64,000 nucleotides of DNA, taken from an uncultured virus (IMG/VR IMGVR_UViG_3300031746_000009). Taxonomy: Duplodnaviria > Heunggongvirae > Uroviricota > Caudoviricetes. The stretch is taken from IMG/VR virus record IMGVR_UViG_3300031746_000009; one strand, 5' to 3'. The translations under genes and the position numbers were made by a program. Positions 1 to 9,390 of the stretch are shown piece after piece (the first letter of the stretch is position 1; every line of letters begins with the position of its first letter). The notes below the pieces were generated by a model. That model did no database searches, had not been told where the DNA came from, and saw nothing but the letters and a program-made list of their open reading frames with translations.

Positions 1-126
1 TTGGGGAAACATATTTGCGGAAGCGTAGTCGGGGTCGAAGCAAGTTTTATCATGTGGACTGTTTTGAGGCGATGAGCCTATGAAAGGTCGCAAGTGTAGC
101 ATAATTTCGAAAAGCGAGGGAAAGAA

Positions 127-333
127 ATGAGCGATGAAAACTACGAGGACTATTTTGAACCAGAGGATGAAGAATCACCTTGCGATTACGGTATGGACTC
201 ACCATGTGTGGAGCCAGCATTGCGGAATATGGGCAATTGTTTTGAATGTTGGCTATATCTGGAAATGTGTGAAGAGCAAGAAACAGAACAAAAGAAAAAG
301 GTTGAACCGAAGGGTGAGGCTGAAGCCAAATGA
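127..333 (+). CDS. small acidic Cys-rich hypothetical protein
   Basis: ATGA-coupled member of early array; CxxC motif. Confidence 0.6.
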   Translation: MSDENYEDYFEPEDEESPCDYGMDSPCVEPALRNMGNCFECWLYLEMCEEQETEQKKKVEPKGEAEAK

Positions 334-527
334 AGGACTGTACTAGGGTTAGGCGTCTCACAAAACTGTATGTTGCCATGAACGCTATGGCGATTGACTT
401 GGTTAGTGCCACTGTTGTTCTTGAACGGTTGTTGCCTGACACGAATTTGAAGGACACCTTCTGGGTCAAATTTAATGGCTTGACGGATTTGGGGCGGGAA
501 CGGTTCCTAAAGGAGATTCAACCATGA
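330..527 (+). CDS. hypothetical protein
   Basis: 4-nt overlaps with both neighbours. Confidence 0.6.
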   Translation: MKDCTRVRRLTKLYVAMNAMAIDLVSATVVLERLLPDTNLKDTFWVKFNGLTDLGRERFLKEIQP

Positions 528-829
528 CTCAGCGTCTAGACACATATCACCTTCCCGACAAGATATTCACGCTTAAAGAAAAGGACATGGCTACCACATT
601 CAGAAGCTTATGCAACATCGACGAGCACACCACTTTTTCGAGTGACACTTTCCGCATGTACGGACTAGACAGGTTCATCATGGACAGGGCGCATGGGACT
701 GGAGGGTTTTTTGCGAAGCTTGTTGCTAACGGGCTTGTCGTGCAGGTTGGGTGGGTGCGGAGCTGTTTGCCTAGTAATCATGGGCGTATGATTCGGACGT
801 ATAGGTGGCTTGGAGAAAAGAGAACATGA
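524..829 (+). CDS. hypothetical protein
   Basis: ATGA coupling; GGAG SD upstream. Confidence 0.65.
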   Translation: MTQRLDTYHLPDKIFTLKEKDMATTFRSLCNIDEHTTFSSDTFRMYGLDRFIMDRAHGTGGFFAKLVANGLVVQVGWVRSCLPSNHGRMIRTYRWLGEKRT

Positions 830-1104
830 AGAAAAAATATGAGATAGCCTTTTTCCTATGCTTCGTCTTCGTTGGCGGACTCATGTTGATAGTGGGGCAA
901 GTTCTGATGTGGAGAGGAACCACAGTTGAATGGAAAGACACAAGTTGGTTCTCGGGTCATTGGGTCGCAAGGTACACAACTGAGTTTTATAATGGGCAAT
1001 GGCTGTTCTTTTTCGGCTTAATTATAACGGGGTTTGGTGCCATTGGTGCTTTGGCTATTGGAAGCTCTAGACTAATGGACAAAATTAGGGGGGAAAAGGC
1101 TTGA
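826..1104 (+). CDS. two-TM membrane protein
   Basis: Two hydrophobic segments; ATGA overlap at 826. Confidence 0.65.
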   Translation: MKKKYEIAFFLCFVFVGGLMLIVGQVLMWRGTTVEWKDTSWFSGHWVARYTTEFYNGQWLFFFGLIITGFGAIGALAIGSSRLMDKIRGEKA

Positions 1105-1274
1105 GTGATGTGTGTTTGGAAGGGTTAAGCCACGGCAACATCGAAGTCAGTCAGCTTCGTTTGGGTGGGAAAAAGAGGCGTAAGCCAAATGAGTGCACAG
1201 AGAGCGATGAGGTGGGGAAGGCTTGGACGGTTATCAATCCAACAGTGTTGAAGGAGTGGAGCGGAGAAAAATGA
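1101..1274 (+). CDS. 57-aa protein, allele of 40304..40489
   Basis: Manual translation MSDVCLEGLSH...AWTVINPTVLKEWSGEK shares both termini with 40304..40489. Confidence 0.65.
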   Translation: MSDVCLEGLSHGNIEVSQLRLGGKKRRKPNECTESDEVGKAWTVINPTVLKEWSGEK

Positions 1275-1585
1275 GTGAAGATTTGGTTACCACAAAACAG
1301 CAGTTCATAGACGCGATTTTCAAGCTTGCAACGGAAGAGAATGTTTCGCAACGTTGGAATCTTAGTACTATGCCTTGGAGTTCCGGTTTTGTTTTTGATG
1401 CTCTTGCGAAGGCTGGTTTTGTGGTGTTGAACAAAAAAGCCTTACAGCAACTCGCTAAAAGTATTGACCCAAGAAACTGTAAAGATTGCAAACTAGACCA
1501 GTGCGGTGAATCTGATGATGCATATTGTGGTGGTGGCATGATGCGCTTGTTCATTGAGGCAATTTGTGGGGGCAAACCAGAATGA
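1271..1585 (+). CDS. hypothetical protein, allele of 40581..40835
   Basis: Shared QQFIDAIFKLATEE...VVLNKKAL; different C-terminus. Confidence 0.8.
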   Translation: MSEDLVTTKQQFIDAIFKLATEENVSQRWNLSTMPWSSGFVFDALAKAGFVVLNKKALQQLAKSIDPRNCKDCKLDQCGESDDAYCGGGMMRLFIEAICGGKPE

Positions 1586-1845
1586 GTTTGAAGCAGAAAA
1601 TCGAGCAAAAAGCACTGGACATGCTCAATCGAGTAGACGATGAAAGAGGTCTTACCATAATTGAAAAGGGCAATGTCAAACGGTTTCTTTCATACTATGT
1701 TGATGATGTTGTGGGTTTGCTAGACAAGGCAACCGAGCAGATTCTTTTCAGATTACGAACTTATGTCAAGACGGTTCCTGTTGATATGGCTATTTCCATT
1801 GTAGAACAAGAATTGGGTGTTGAAGGGAGAGAAACCAAGAAATGA
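1582..1845 (+). CDS. hypothetical protein, allele of 40832..41113
   Basis: Shared MSL, GLLDKAxEQI and ETKK. Confidence 0.75.
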   Translation: MSLKQKIEQKALDMLNRVDDERGLTIIEKGNVKRFLSYYVDDVVGLLDKATEQILFRLRTYVKTVPVDMAISIVEQELGVEGRETKK

Positions 1846-2129
1846 GAAAGTGTCCTGAATGTGGCCATGAGGATAATCCTTTGTGGGAGTATAGCCGCTT
1901 CGAGTTCAACGCTGAGTACATGCGTTTTGAAGAGGCCATGCAACAGCCTGAACTTGAAGGGATTTGTTTGGCTCTCGTTGATGCAAAGACCCATGAACCG
2001 CTTGTCATTCCAGAACTGAACCTTGTTTATTATCGTCGTGGAACTGGTGGCCTAGAACTGTATCGGCAATCTATTCCAGATTTTCAGGTGAATCGAGAAC
2101 GAAAAAAGCATAAGAAGGTTGAGGGGTGA
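1842..2129 (+). CDS. CxxC zinc-ribbon protein (paralog of 2435..2776 and 43094..43396)
   Basis: CPECGHED..W..SR motif. Confidence 0.7.
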   Translation: MRKCPECGHEDNPLWEYSRFEFNAEYMRFEEAMQQPELEGICLALVDAKTHEPLVIPELNLVYYRRGTGGLELYRQSIPDFQVNRERKKHKKVEG

Positions 2130-2135
2130 ACTGGT

Positions 2136-2438
2136 TTGGGAGATAAAAGTTCAGGTGTGAAGCCTAGAGAGCGGGATTCACCGTCCATTTCTCTTGTGGG
2201 TTCAGTCGCATCTCCTTTCTCCGTACAAAACCAGCATCCCACCAAGTGGCATTGTGAAGAATGTGGTGTTCCACTGCCTCAATATTCAGGCAAACCTAGT
2301 GCGTGGAAAAAGAAGCAAGATGGAAAACCTATTCTTTGTATTAAATGTGCTAGATCGAAGAATATACAGAGGTATATACAGAAGTGTAGAAAGATGAAGG
2401 CGCATTTCTTGAAGAGGATAGGAGAACAAAAAACATGA
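2136..2438 (+). CDS. zinc-finger protein, allele of 41613..41897
   Basis: CEEC...CIKC; first 35 aa near-identical to partner. Confidence 0.65.
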   Translation: MGDKSSGVKPRERDSPSISLVGSVASPFSVQNQHPTKWHCEECGVPLPQYSGKPSAWKKKQDGKPILCIKCARSKNIQRYIQKCRKMKAHFLKRIGEQKT

Positions 2439-2776
2439 GAGTCTGCCCGAAATGTAGATTTCATGACTTGCCAATTTGGAGAAATAGTAGATGGTATCAC
2501 GATGTGGACGCCGCACGCATTAGTGACATTGAATATTGGGACAAGGTACTTGCAACCAAAATACAATTGAATGGTTTCTGGGAAGACGGAATTTTCTCTT
2601 ATCTCCTTACTACAAACGGAATGGTTTTGAGAAAAGAGACAGAGTTTCTAAATAAAAATACAGATGGAAATACGGCAACGGAAAAGAAAGAAAAGTGGTT
2701 CAAAATTAGCATAGAAAAACATCGGAAGAAACAGGATTTGAAACAGTCTAAGTTGTTGGAGGTTTCGGGGGTTTGA
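2435..2776 (+). CDS. CxxC zinc-ribbon protein
   Basis: CPKC..D...WRNSRW. Confidence 0.7.
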   Translation: MRVCPKCRFHDLPIWRNSRWYHDVDAARISDIEYWDKVLATKIQLNGFWEDGIFSYLLTTNGMVLRKETEFLNKNTDGNTATEKKEKWFKISIEKHRKKQDLKQSKLLEVSGV

Positions 2777-3303
2777 GAAGCCTTCATCTTAGTGAAGAGA
2801 AAAACGCTGAAAGAAAACGGCTATACGATAAAGGCTTAACTGACAAGCAAATGGCTGAGGAACTCGGCATCCACAAAACTACCTTAGTGTCTTGGCGAAA
2901 CAAACACAAGTTGCCATTACACCCTTCGAGAGGTAACATGCTTTCTGATGAAGATGAGGCTTTGAGGCGCAAACTCTATCGCATGGGCTTGAGTGATGGA
3001 GTGATTGCTAGGAAAGTTGGGGTAGCACCTATAACAATTTATGGTTGGAGGCACAGCAGGAAACTAAAACCAAACTTTGAAACGTCCGTTTCCTCAGCAC
3101 AGAGGCGACAGCGTTGCGAGCAAACTAAGCAGATTTTGAGATTATATAAGCGAAAAAAGAGCCTGAACGAGATTGCTGAAACAGTTGGCTTGCCCTATCA
3201 GTCTGTTAGCGTTACGGTTGGACATTATCTTATGCGTTTGTGTCGAACTGAGTCGAGTTGCCCGTTTAAGGCATTGCTTCCAGAAACGGAGTTGAAATCT
3301 TGA
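2773..3303 (+). CDS. tandem helix-turn-helix DNA-binding protein
   Basis: Three HTH-like units (GLTDKQMAEELGIHKTTLVSWR; GLSDGVIARKVGVAPITIYGWR; SLNEIAETVGL). Confidence 0.8.
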   Translation: MRSLHLSEEKNAERKRLYDKGLTDKQMAEELGIHKTTLVSWRNKHKLPLHPSRGNMLSDEDEALRRKLYRMGLSDGVIARKVGVAPITIYGWRHSRKLKPNFETSVSSAQRRQRCEQTKQILRLYKRKKSLNEIAETVGLPYQSVSVTVGHYLMRLCRTESSCPFKALLPETELKS

Positions 3304-3617
3304 GGAGCCTTCTCACATGCCACGGCGACTATCTTTGGGCTGACGCAGACGACTTTTGCCTCACAGAATGCACACAGGTTGAAGAGTGCAAACGGTTTTC
3401 CGAGCTACTTCATGTTCCTAACATAGTATTCTGTAACGTGGAGAAGAGGGCGAGGGCGCAACAGCGTTGTGAGGCTTGGTTGAAACGTACTGAAATCTAC
3501 GTTAAATCTTATGTGGTTGGGTTCAGTCCTAGTATGCGGTTTAAGCGAGCGATTCAGTTTGGCCAGTTGAGGCGTGGCTTGGTACTTCGAAAGAGGATGG
3601 AGGAAAAACGGCGATGA
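3300..3617 (+). CDS. Cys-rich hypothetical protein, near-identical to 42780..43097
   Basis: 105 aa; 2 substitutions versus partner. Confidence 0.8.
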   Translation: MRSLLTCHGDYLWADADDFCLTECTQVEECKRFSELLHVPNIVFCNVEKRARAQQRCEAWLKRTEIYVKSYVVGFSPSMRFKRAIQFGQLRRGLVLRKRMEEKRR

Positions 3618-4276
3618 ACGAAATAGCGATAGACCACATAGATTATTCAAGAACTATGCTCAGAGAAATTGACGGCCAAACAATCGCAGATTTAAAAGAA
3701 AGCATCAAAAAACATGGCGTCCTGCAGCCTATCATCGTTTTCTTGAATGAAAAGCAGAGGTACGAGGTTATTTGTGGGAATCATCGTCTTTGCGCTGCGA
3801 AAGGTGTCGGATTGAAAACGATTCCTTACATAATCAGGCAACTCTCTCACCCTCAAGATGCTCTGATTTTGGCTTTAAACGAGAACATTCAACGTTTGGA
3901 AATGAATCCGTTTAGAGAAGGCGAAATCTATGTTTCTCTGCTTGAGGACTTCACTATTGATGTTCTGTGCGGGAAACTTGGTAAAAGCCGATACTATGTT
4001 GAGGGAAGAGTTAAGCTTTTCAAGAATCTACATGTTGACTTAAAAAACCAAGTTGGAAAAACGTTGACTCTTGGTAATGGTCTTAGTTTAGCTCGATTGC
4101 CTCAGAGTCAACAGCTTGAGGTTTACCAGAAGATAGTAGAAAATCTCAATACAGTTCCTCAAAAAATAAGATACGGAGGAGATGGTGGTTGGAGCAATTC
4201 GCCTTATTGCACTTGCGAGAAATGTGGTGCAAAACATTTGAAAGGAGTCAATGTTATTGATGAGCGAAAAACTTAG
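3614..4276 (+). CDS. ParB/Spo0J-like protein
   Basis: SIKKHGVLQPI, GNHRL, ENIQR and HTH. Confidence 0.9.
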   Translation: MNEIAIDHIDYSRTMLREIDGQTIADLKESIKKHGVLQPIIVFLNEKQRYEVICGNHRLCAAKGVGLKTIPYIIRQLSHPQDALILALNENIQRLEMNPFREGEIYVSLLEDFTIDVLCGKLGKSRYYVEGRVKLFKNLHVDLKNQVGKTLTLGNGLSLARLPQSQQLEVYQKIVENLNTVPQKIRYGGDGGWSNSPYCTCEKCGAKHLKGVNVIDERKT

Positions 4277-4715
4277 TTGTCCTAGATGTCGTAGCGACCA
4301 AATAGTGAAAAGTGGAACACACTATAATTTGAAAGGTGTTGTGCAGCGTTGGCAATGCAAGTTATGTGGCACTTCATTCTGTAATAGCGGATACTTCAGG
4401 GGAAAACATGCTCTTGCGCTCGTGCAATATGCCGTGGTTCTATACAGTCAAGGTTTAAGTTACGAGAAAGTAGCCTCTAAAATAGAGGAGCAGTTCAAAC
4501 AAAAAGTGTCTCGAACCACAATCAAAAATTGGGTAGACATGCTACATGTCCAACCGAGACCTAAAAACTCTGGAAACCAGAAAGACAAGACCGTGCGGGA
4601 ACTCATAGAAATAGGCATGGTTACGACGGTACGTTTTGCTTCTTCAGAAGTGCCTGAAAAATTCTTGATACTTGATAATCAGTCTAGGCTTTTGGTGGGG
4701 GAGGAACAGCGTTGA
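4260..4715 (+). CDS. InsA-like zinc-ribbon plus HTH protein (no transposase catalytic domain)
   Basis: CPRC..IVKSG...QRWQCKLCG then HTH. Confidence 0.7.
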   Translation: MSEKLSCPRCRSDQIVKSGTHYNLKGVVQRWQCKLCGTSFCNSGYFRGKHALALVQYAVVLYSQGLSYEKVASKIEEQFKQKVSRTTIKNWVDMLHVQPRPKNSGNQKDKTVRELIEIGMVTTVRFASSEVPEKFLILDNQSRLLVGEEQR

Positions 4716-4894
4716 ACACTTTGAAACAGCAAGTGTACGAACGATTTTTCTGGTGTACATGGACTTTCTTTACCGCTATCATATGTGGTAACCAGCTTCT
4801 CAGTGCCTTTTTTGCCACGGTTGGGATGGTTTGGCTTATCATGTTTCTTGATGTGTGGCTTGAACCTGAAAAATGGAAGCAAAAACAATGTTAA
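4712..4894 (+). CDS. small membrane protein, allele of 43393..43584
   Basis: MNTLKQQ...FLDVWLEPEKWKQKQ shared. Confidence 0.75.
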   Translation: MNTLKQQVYERFFWCTWTFFTAIICGNQLLSAFFATVGMVWLIMFLDVWLEPEKWKQKQC

Positions 4895-5130
4895 AGTTTA
4901 AGCACAGCGTCATAGATTTATGCGAGTTCGGTTTCTCAGGTGACGGCCTAAACCTGTTTCTGGCAAGCAAAGCGGTTCCTATTGTGGTTTCTGAGTTTCT
5001 GAGCCGTGAACTGTTGGATGCTATGGACGTTTTCAAACATGTTTTCCAGTGGCATTTCTGCGACAGGGCGAATGGGCGAAGCGGAGGCGGGTTCAGTTGT
5101 GACAGCGTGAGGTGTATGGTTTCTGAGTAA
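4888..5130 (+). CDS. hypothetical protein
   Basis: ATG at end of conserved linker. Confidence 0.5.
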   Translation: MLKFKHSVIDLCEFGFSGDGLNLFLASKAVPIVVSEFLSRELLDAMDVFKHVFQWHFCDRANGRSGGGFSCDSVRCMVSE

Positions 5131-5899
5131 ATCTTCTAGCTCTCCCGATTCGACACACATCAGTGAATATGACAGTAAGCAAGGTAACATTCCTAGCATC
5201 AGGTCACAAGTATTCCACGAGTTAGACCAGAATCCATTAAACACGGCTAAGTATCTTGCGAAAATATTGAACCTTCCATACCAAAAATATCGTGGTTACT
5301 TGAACAAGCTACGGTACGAGTGGAAATATGACCACAAAAATGAGCGAGGTTCAAAGCCTTCAAAGTTGCATTGTTTTCGGGCGTGGGTTTTGTTGCGTGG
5401 TTTTGAGTGTCCGAGTAGGGTTGAGGCTTTGAGGGTTGGTTGGGAGCCGACTCGGGCTAAGAACCGTTTTATAGTTTTTAAGGAGTCGTTGGGTCGTGTT
5501 GTGTGGTTTGAGACTGGCCTTGTTCTAGTTAGTGTTAGGGCTCCTGGCAATTTGGGTAGGGCGAAGCAGCTTTTCTGTGATGCTTTCGTGAACACGGGGC
5601 TTATCTGTGATATTAAGGTTATGAATGGGGTTCTTGAACGTGTCAGGAACGATAATGTTCATGCTCCGTATGTGACAGGTCAAAGGCTGCCGAAGTTGGT
5701 GATCACGGATTTCGCTGAGAGCCACGGCATCATCATAAAGGTTGGTGACAGGTCGCATCCTAACGCGGTTGAAGTGATCGCTGGGTTTACTGAGAGCATG
5801 AGGAGTATTGCGAATTTCTTTGACGATTTGAGGATGGGTCTAAACGGCAAAACTGAGAATGGGAATGGGCATGATAATTCTGGGGGAATGGTTGTTTGA
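5123..5899 (+). CDS. putative winged-helix DNA-binding protein (probable CTG start)
   Basis: Frame open upstream of TTG 5267 to CTG 5123 with GAGGTG SD; the extension completes an HTH-like segment. Confidence 0.6.
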   Translation: MSKSSSSPDSTHISEYDSKQGNIPSIRSQVFHELDQNPLNTAKYLAKILNLPYQKYRGYLNKLRYEWKYDHKNERGSKPSKLHCFRAWVLLRGFECPSRVEALRVGWEPTRAKNRFIVFKESLGRVVWFETGLVLVSVRAPGNLGRAKQLFCDAFVNTGLICDIKVMNGVLERVRNDNVHAPYVTGQRLPKLVITDFAESHGIIIKVGDRSHPNAVEVIAGFTESMRSIANFFDDLRMGLNGKTENGNGHDNSGGMVV

Positions 5900-6174
5900 A
5901 GGAGGGTGAGAAAGTCTATCGTTTGGTTGCTTATTCTGATGTTCAATGTGAGGAAAGCGGTAGAACCATTCCTGCAGGTCAGACGTTTTTATTAGACGTT
6001 ATACCATATCCAGATGGAAGCAAACATAATCACAAAATTGGTGAGGAGTGTTGGCATGGTCCTAAAGACGTTATTATCGATCTGACGAAGAAACCTTGGA
6101 GAAAAGGCTTCAGAGAAGATGGCTATCGTCAAATGATGCGTCGTGCTAGAAGGCAACCTTGGAGAAATTATTGA
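5896..6174 (+). CDS. hypothetical protein
   Basis: TTGA overlap; Cys/His residues suggest metal binding. Confidence 0.6.
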   Translation: MKEGEKVYRLVAYSDVQCEESGRTIPAGQTFLLDVIPYPDGSKHNHKIGEECWHGPKDVIIDLTKKPWRKGFREDGYRQMMRRARRQPWRNY

Positions 6175-6347
6175 AGGTTTTGGGGTTGATGAAATGAAAA
6201 AAGAAACTTTAGCTTGGGACTATCAAACCTTCAAGACGATTAGTGAAGCTTCAAAAGTTAACAGGGTTAGTTTGCGTCGGGATGTGATGCGGCTGGCTGA
6301 ACTGTTGGGTGTAGAGTTTGAAGGATTCAGGAGGGAGCTGAAGAAAC

Positions 6348-7220
6348 GTGGTTAAGCTTGATGTTGTGATGTGGACTAAGAATGGCTCTAACACGTTGCC
6401 CTCTGTCTTGAAGCGGATAAACGAAGTTGTGCCAGGCGAGTTTGTTGGCCAAAAACTCATTGTTGACGATAAGAGTGTTGACAACACCCGAGAGGTTGCG
6501 AAGGTTTTTGGATGGACTGTTGTTTTCAATGAGGGAACAGGAATAAGTGATGGTGCAAACACAGCCCTCAAACATGTCAAGGCTGAGCGCTTCATAAGTT
6601 TTGAACAGGATTTGCTTTTGTCGCGGGATTGGTGGAGCAAGATACCCTGTTACCTTGAGAATCCCCAAGTGGCTGCTGCGTCTGGAATGCGGTTTGCTGA
6701 CATGCCCGGGGGCGTTAGAAAACTGCAACAGTATGTGGCGAAAAAGTATCGTGGTGAAGCGAGTTTGGCTTCTTGGTTGAGGACTAGGCAGATGGCCGCG
6801 TTTACACTTGGGAAAACTTTGGACAACACGATTTACAAAACAAAAATAATTAAAGCACTTGGAGGGTTTCCAAAGATGCGTGTGAATGCTGGTGTAGATA
6901 CTATTCTTGCTTACAAGGTTGAGCAAGCTGGTTATCATTGGGTTGTTGATTATAATGTGCAATCTATCCATATTCGAAAGGGGTTAAAGCAAGAACTGAA
7001 TCATCAATACTGGTACGGAACGCAACTGAACGAGATATGGCGAAGAATAGAAACTGAAACAAACAAAAGCCCACCAGTGACAAGATTCGGCATAATATAC
7101 CGTTTCTTTACATCTCCTTTCACAGGACTGTTTGTGGCGTTCAAGACAAATGAGCCGTCGATAACGTACATTCACCCGTTGATACGTTTCTATTACATGA
7201 AGGGTTTGTTGAGGAGTTGA
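6348..7220 (+). CDS. glycosyltransferase family 2
   Basis: IVDDKSVDNT; GT-A N-terminal pattern. Confidence 0.85.
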   Translation: MVKLDVVMWTKNGSNTLPSVLKRINEVVPGEFVGQKLIVDDKSVDNTREVAKVFGWTVVFNEGTGISDGANTALKHVKAERFISFEQDLLLSRDWWSKIPCYLENPQVAAASGMRFADMPGGVRKLQQYVAKKYRGEASLASWLRTRQMAAFTLGKTLDNTIYKTKIIKALGGFPKMRVNAGVDTILAYKVEQAGYHWVVDYNVQSIHIRKGLKQELNHQYWYGTQLNEIWRRIETETNKSPPVTRFGIIYRFFTSPFTGLFVAFKTNEPSITYIHPLIRFYYMKGLLRS

Positions 7221-7224
7221 TTAA

Positions 7225-7341
7225 ATGATGAGTAATAAGGAAGAGGTTTATGACCCATGCTGTGACTGTGTGATTGAAGTAGCTAAACAACAAGGAAAAT
7301 ACTTCTGTCAGCTCTGTCGAAAAGTGAAGGGAAAAGTTTGA
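7225..7341 (+). CDS. 38-aa Cys-rich peptide
   Basis: Manual translation MMSNKEEVYDPCCDCVIEVAKQQGKYFCQLCRKVKGKV; GAGGAG upstream. Confidence 0.5.
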   Translation: MMSNKEEVYDPCCDCVIEVAKQQGKYFCQLCRKVKGKV

Positions 7342-7372
7342 TTACTAACTTGCTTCATGGAGGTTTTGAATT

Positions 7373-8392
7373 TTGTTTGAGGTTAAACGAGTAAAATCTG
7401 TGCTTCAAAGGTTCAAGCATTCTGTGTCCGACAAGGATTTTCCTCGTTGGATGTATCTTATGTTTGACCGTTGTAATAGCCGTTGCCAAACATGTAATAT
7501 TTGGAGCCAGGAACCGTGTTCTAAGCCGTTGAAGCCTGAAGATTTCCGCAGGATTCTTTCATCTGAACTGTTCAGGAACATAGAGTACATTGGGATAACA
7601 GGTGGAGAACCAACACTTTTCGACTTGTACGGTTTTTTCAGAGCGGGACATGAGGTGCATCCGAAGGCGACTTTAAATGTAAGTAGTAATGGTCTACTTC
7701 CGCATAAACTGTATGATGTTGTCAGCCGATGCTTGAAGGAGGGTATGCGTCTTGAAGTTGGGTTGAGTTTGGATGGTGTGGGCGAATTTCACGATTATTG
7801 GCGCGGTGTAAAGGATAATTTCGTTAAGGTTGACTGGCTCATCCACAAACTGTCGGAACTGCGACTTCTTTATCCTAACCTGTTAACCGTTGGAGTCGGA
7901 AGCACATTGACTCTTGAAACTGCAGGGCAAGCTGACGCTCTTGTTTCCTACTGTCGGAAGCTGAATGTTCCGTTTATGTGGCACTGGTTCAATTTCGCAT
8001 CCTTTTACCATAATGATCCGAGGCCGATGGACACTGCTGTTTTCGAGTCTGCGGTCTTGAAAGTTATGGGTAAAAGCATATTCCGTGACATGTGGCTGTA
8101 TCACTTGCGTACCAGAAAGTTTCCACGTTTAAAATGTCGTGCGCTCTCAAGCTATTTTCTTTTAAACTGTGATGGAACAGTACGCCCATGTCTGACGCTG
8201 TGGGATCATAGTGCGGGAAACATGTTAGAGCATGGTCCGTTGACAGTATGGCATTCTGAACAGGCTGAACTTGTGAGGAAAATCGTTGCATCATGTCATG
8301 GTTGCTTGAATAAGTGGGCTTGCGACTGGAATCTCACAATGTCGTATCCAGCGTATCTTGTTAGGAAAGCCAAGGTGAGGCTAAGTTCTTGA
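7373..8392 (+). CDS. radical SAM protein with SPASM/twitch-like C-terminus
   Basis: CNSRCQTC, TGGEP, C...DGTVRPC...CHGC. Confidence 0.9.
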   Translation: MFEVKRVKSVLQRFKHSVSDKDFPRWMYLMFDRCNSRCQTCNIWSQEPCSKPLKPEDFRRILSSELFRNIEYIGITGGEPTLFDLYGFFRAGHEVHPKATLNVSSNGLLPHKLYDVVSRCLKEGMRLEVGLSLDGVGEFHDYWRGVKDNFVKVDWLIHKLSELRLLYPNLLTVGVGSTLTLETAGQADALVSYCRKLNVPFMWHWFNFASFYHNDPRPMDTAVFESAVLKVMGKSIFRDMWLYHLRTRKFPRLKCRALSSYFLLNCDGTVRPCLTLWDHSAGNMLEHGPLTVWHSEQAELVRKIVASCHGCLNKWACDWNLTMSYPAYLVRKAKVRLSS

Positions 8393-9390
8393 AGGTCAAC
8401 TTCAACGTGGTGTGGCTTACATGTGATGGTGGTTCAAGAGTAGTCTGCGAGCTTGCCAACGGTCTTGTCAGCCGAGGCGAAACGGTTTCGATAACGAGTT
8501 TGGCTCCGCTTAATTTGGGTTGGATGGATTACAAGCCGTTAAGCAAGAAAGTAGAGGTCAAAGTTGTTAGGCCAACTTTGTTGATGAGAATGTTTAGGAA
8601 AGCCTATTTGACACGGAACGGCTGGAACTACAATTTGAAAGAGGTGTTGACTCAGGCTATGCCTGACTGTGACATTAACGTGGCCGTTCATTCTCAGCTT
8701 GCGTTTGCAACGTTACTGTCTGGAAAAGGGAAGCCGGTGCATTTGATTCAAGCGTATGAACCGCAGACGCAATGGTACGGTGATCCTGTTCGTGCGAGAG
8801 AATCTGAACTGTCTTACATGTTGCCTTTGAAGAAGCTTTGTGTTTCACAGTTTTTAGCCGAGAAAGTTGACGGTTTCAACATTGGTAACGGTGTAGACCT
8901 TGACATTTACAAGCCACTGCATGTTGCGAAGGTTAAAGGTTCAGTGATGGGCATAAACACACGTTCACGTATTCCTTGGAAAAACGGGGCTATGCTTGAA
9001 CAAGTTTTTGCAGAGCTACATCGCAGAGGCATTCCTACTCTTTCGCCGCCGCGTGGCATAAGGGATTCAGAGTTTGTGCAATATTATCGTAGGGCTTGCG
9101 TCTATGTTTTCCTTAGTTGGGGAGGCTATGAAGGTTTTGGATTGCAACCTTTAGAAGCTATGGCTTGTGGAACGCCAGTGATTACTTCTCCATCAGTATC
9201 TTATGCTAGTCATTTGGAGAACGCTTTTGTGCTACCTAAAACTTTCACTGTCGCGGATGTTGTGAATGCAGTAGAGAAATTGCTTAATGATTTTGAGCTG
9301 CAATTTAAACTTATTACAAATGGGTTTGCGACGGCTGAAAAATACAGTTTCACCAAAGTTGTTGATAACTTTCTAAAAGAGGTTCAATGA
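8389..9390 (+). CDS. glycosyltransferase family 4 (GT-B)
   Basis: EGFGLQPLEAMACGTPVI. Confidence 0.92.
   Translation: MKVNFNVVWLTCDGGSRVVCELANGLVSRGETVSITSLAPLNLGWMDYKPLSKKVEVKVVRPTLLMRMFRKAYLTRNGWNYNLKEVLTQAMPDCDINVAVHSQLAFATLLSGKGKPVHLIQAYEPQTQWYGDPVRARESELSYMLPLKKLCVSQFLAEKVDGFNIGNGVDLDIYKPLHVAKVKGSVMGINTRSRIPWKNGAMLEQVFAELHRRGIPTLSPPRGIRDSEFVQYYRRACVYVFLSWGGYEGFGLQPLEAMACGTPVITSPSVSYASHLENAFVLPKTFTVADVVNAVEKLLNDFELQFKLITNGFATAEKYSFTKVVDNFLKEVQ

Larger units (their letters stand above)
1..4890 (+). repeat. Mosaic direct repeat, copy 1 (partner 38555..43583)
   Basis: At least 11 co-linear identical or near-identical blocks, e.g. 1-107=38555-38661, 2131-2222=41608-41699, 3300-3617=42780-43097, 4844-4890=43537-43583. 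Confidence 0.95.

Noticed and set aside
2138..2217. tRNA gene or att site
   Set aside because: An acceptor-like stem and GGTTCA are present, but there is no canonical T-loop, D-arm or 5-bp anticodon stem. Kept only as a possible structured element.
4260..4715. IS1-family insertion sequence
   Set aside because: Only the InsA-like Zn/HTH part is present; no DDE domain, frameshifted InsB or terminal inverted repeats seen.
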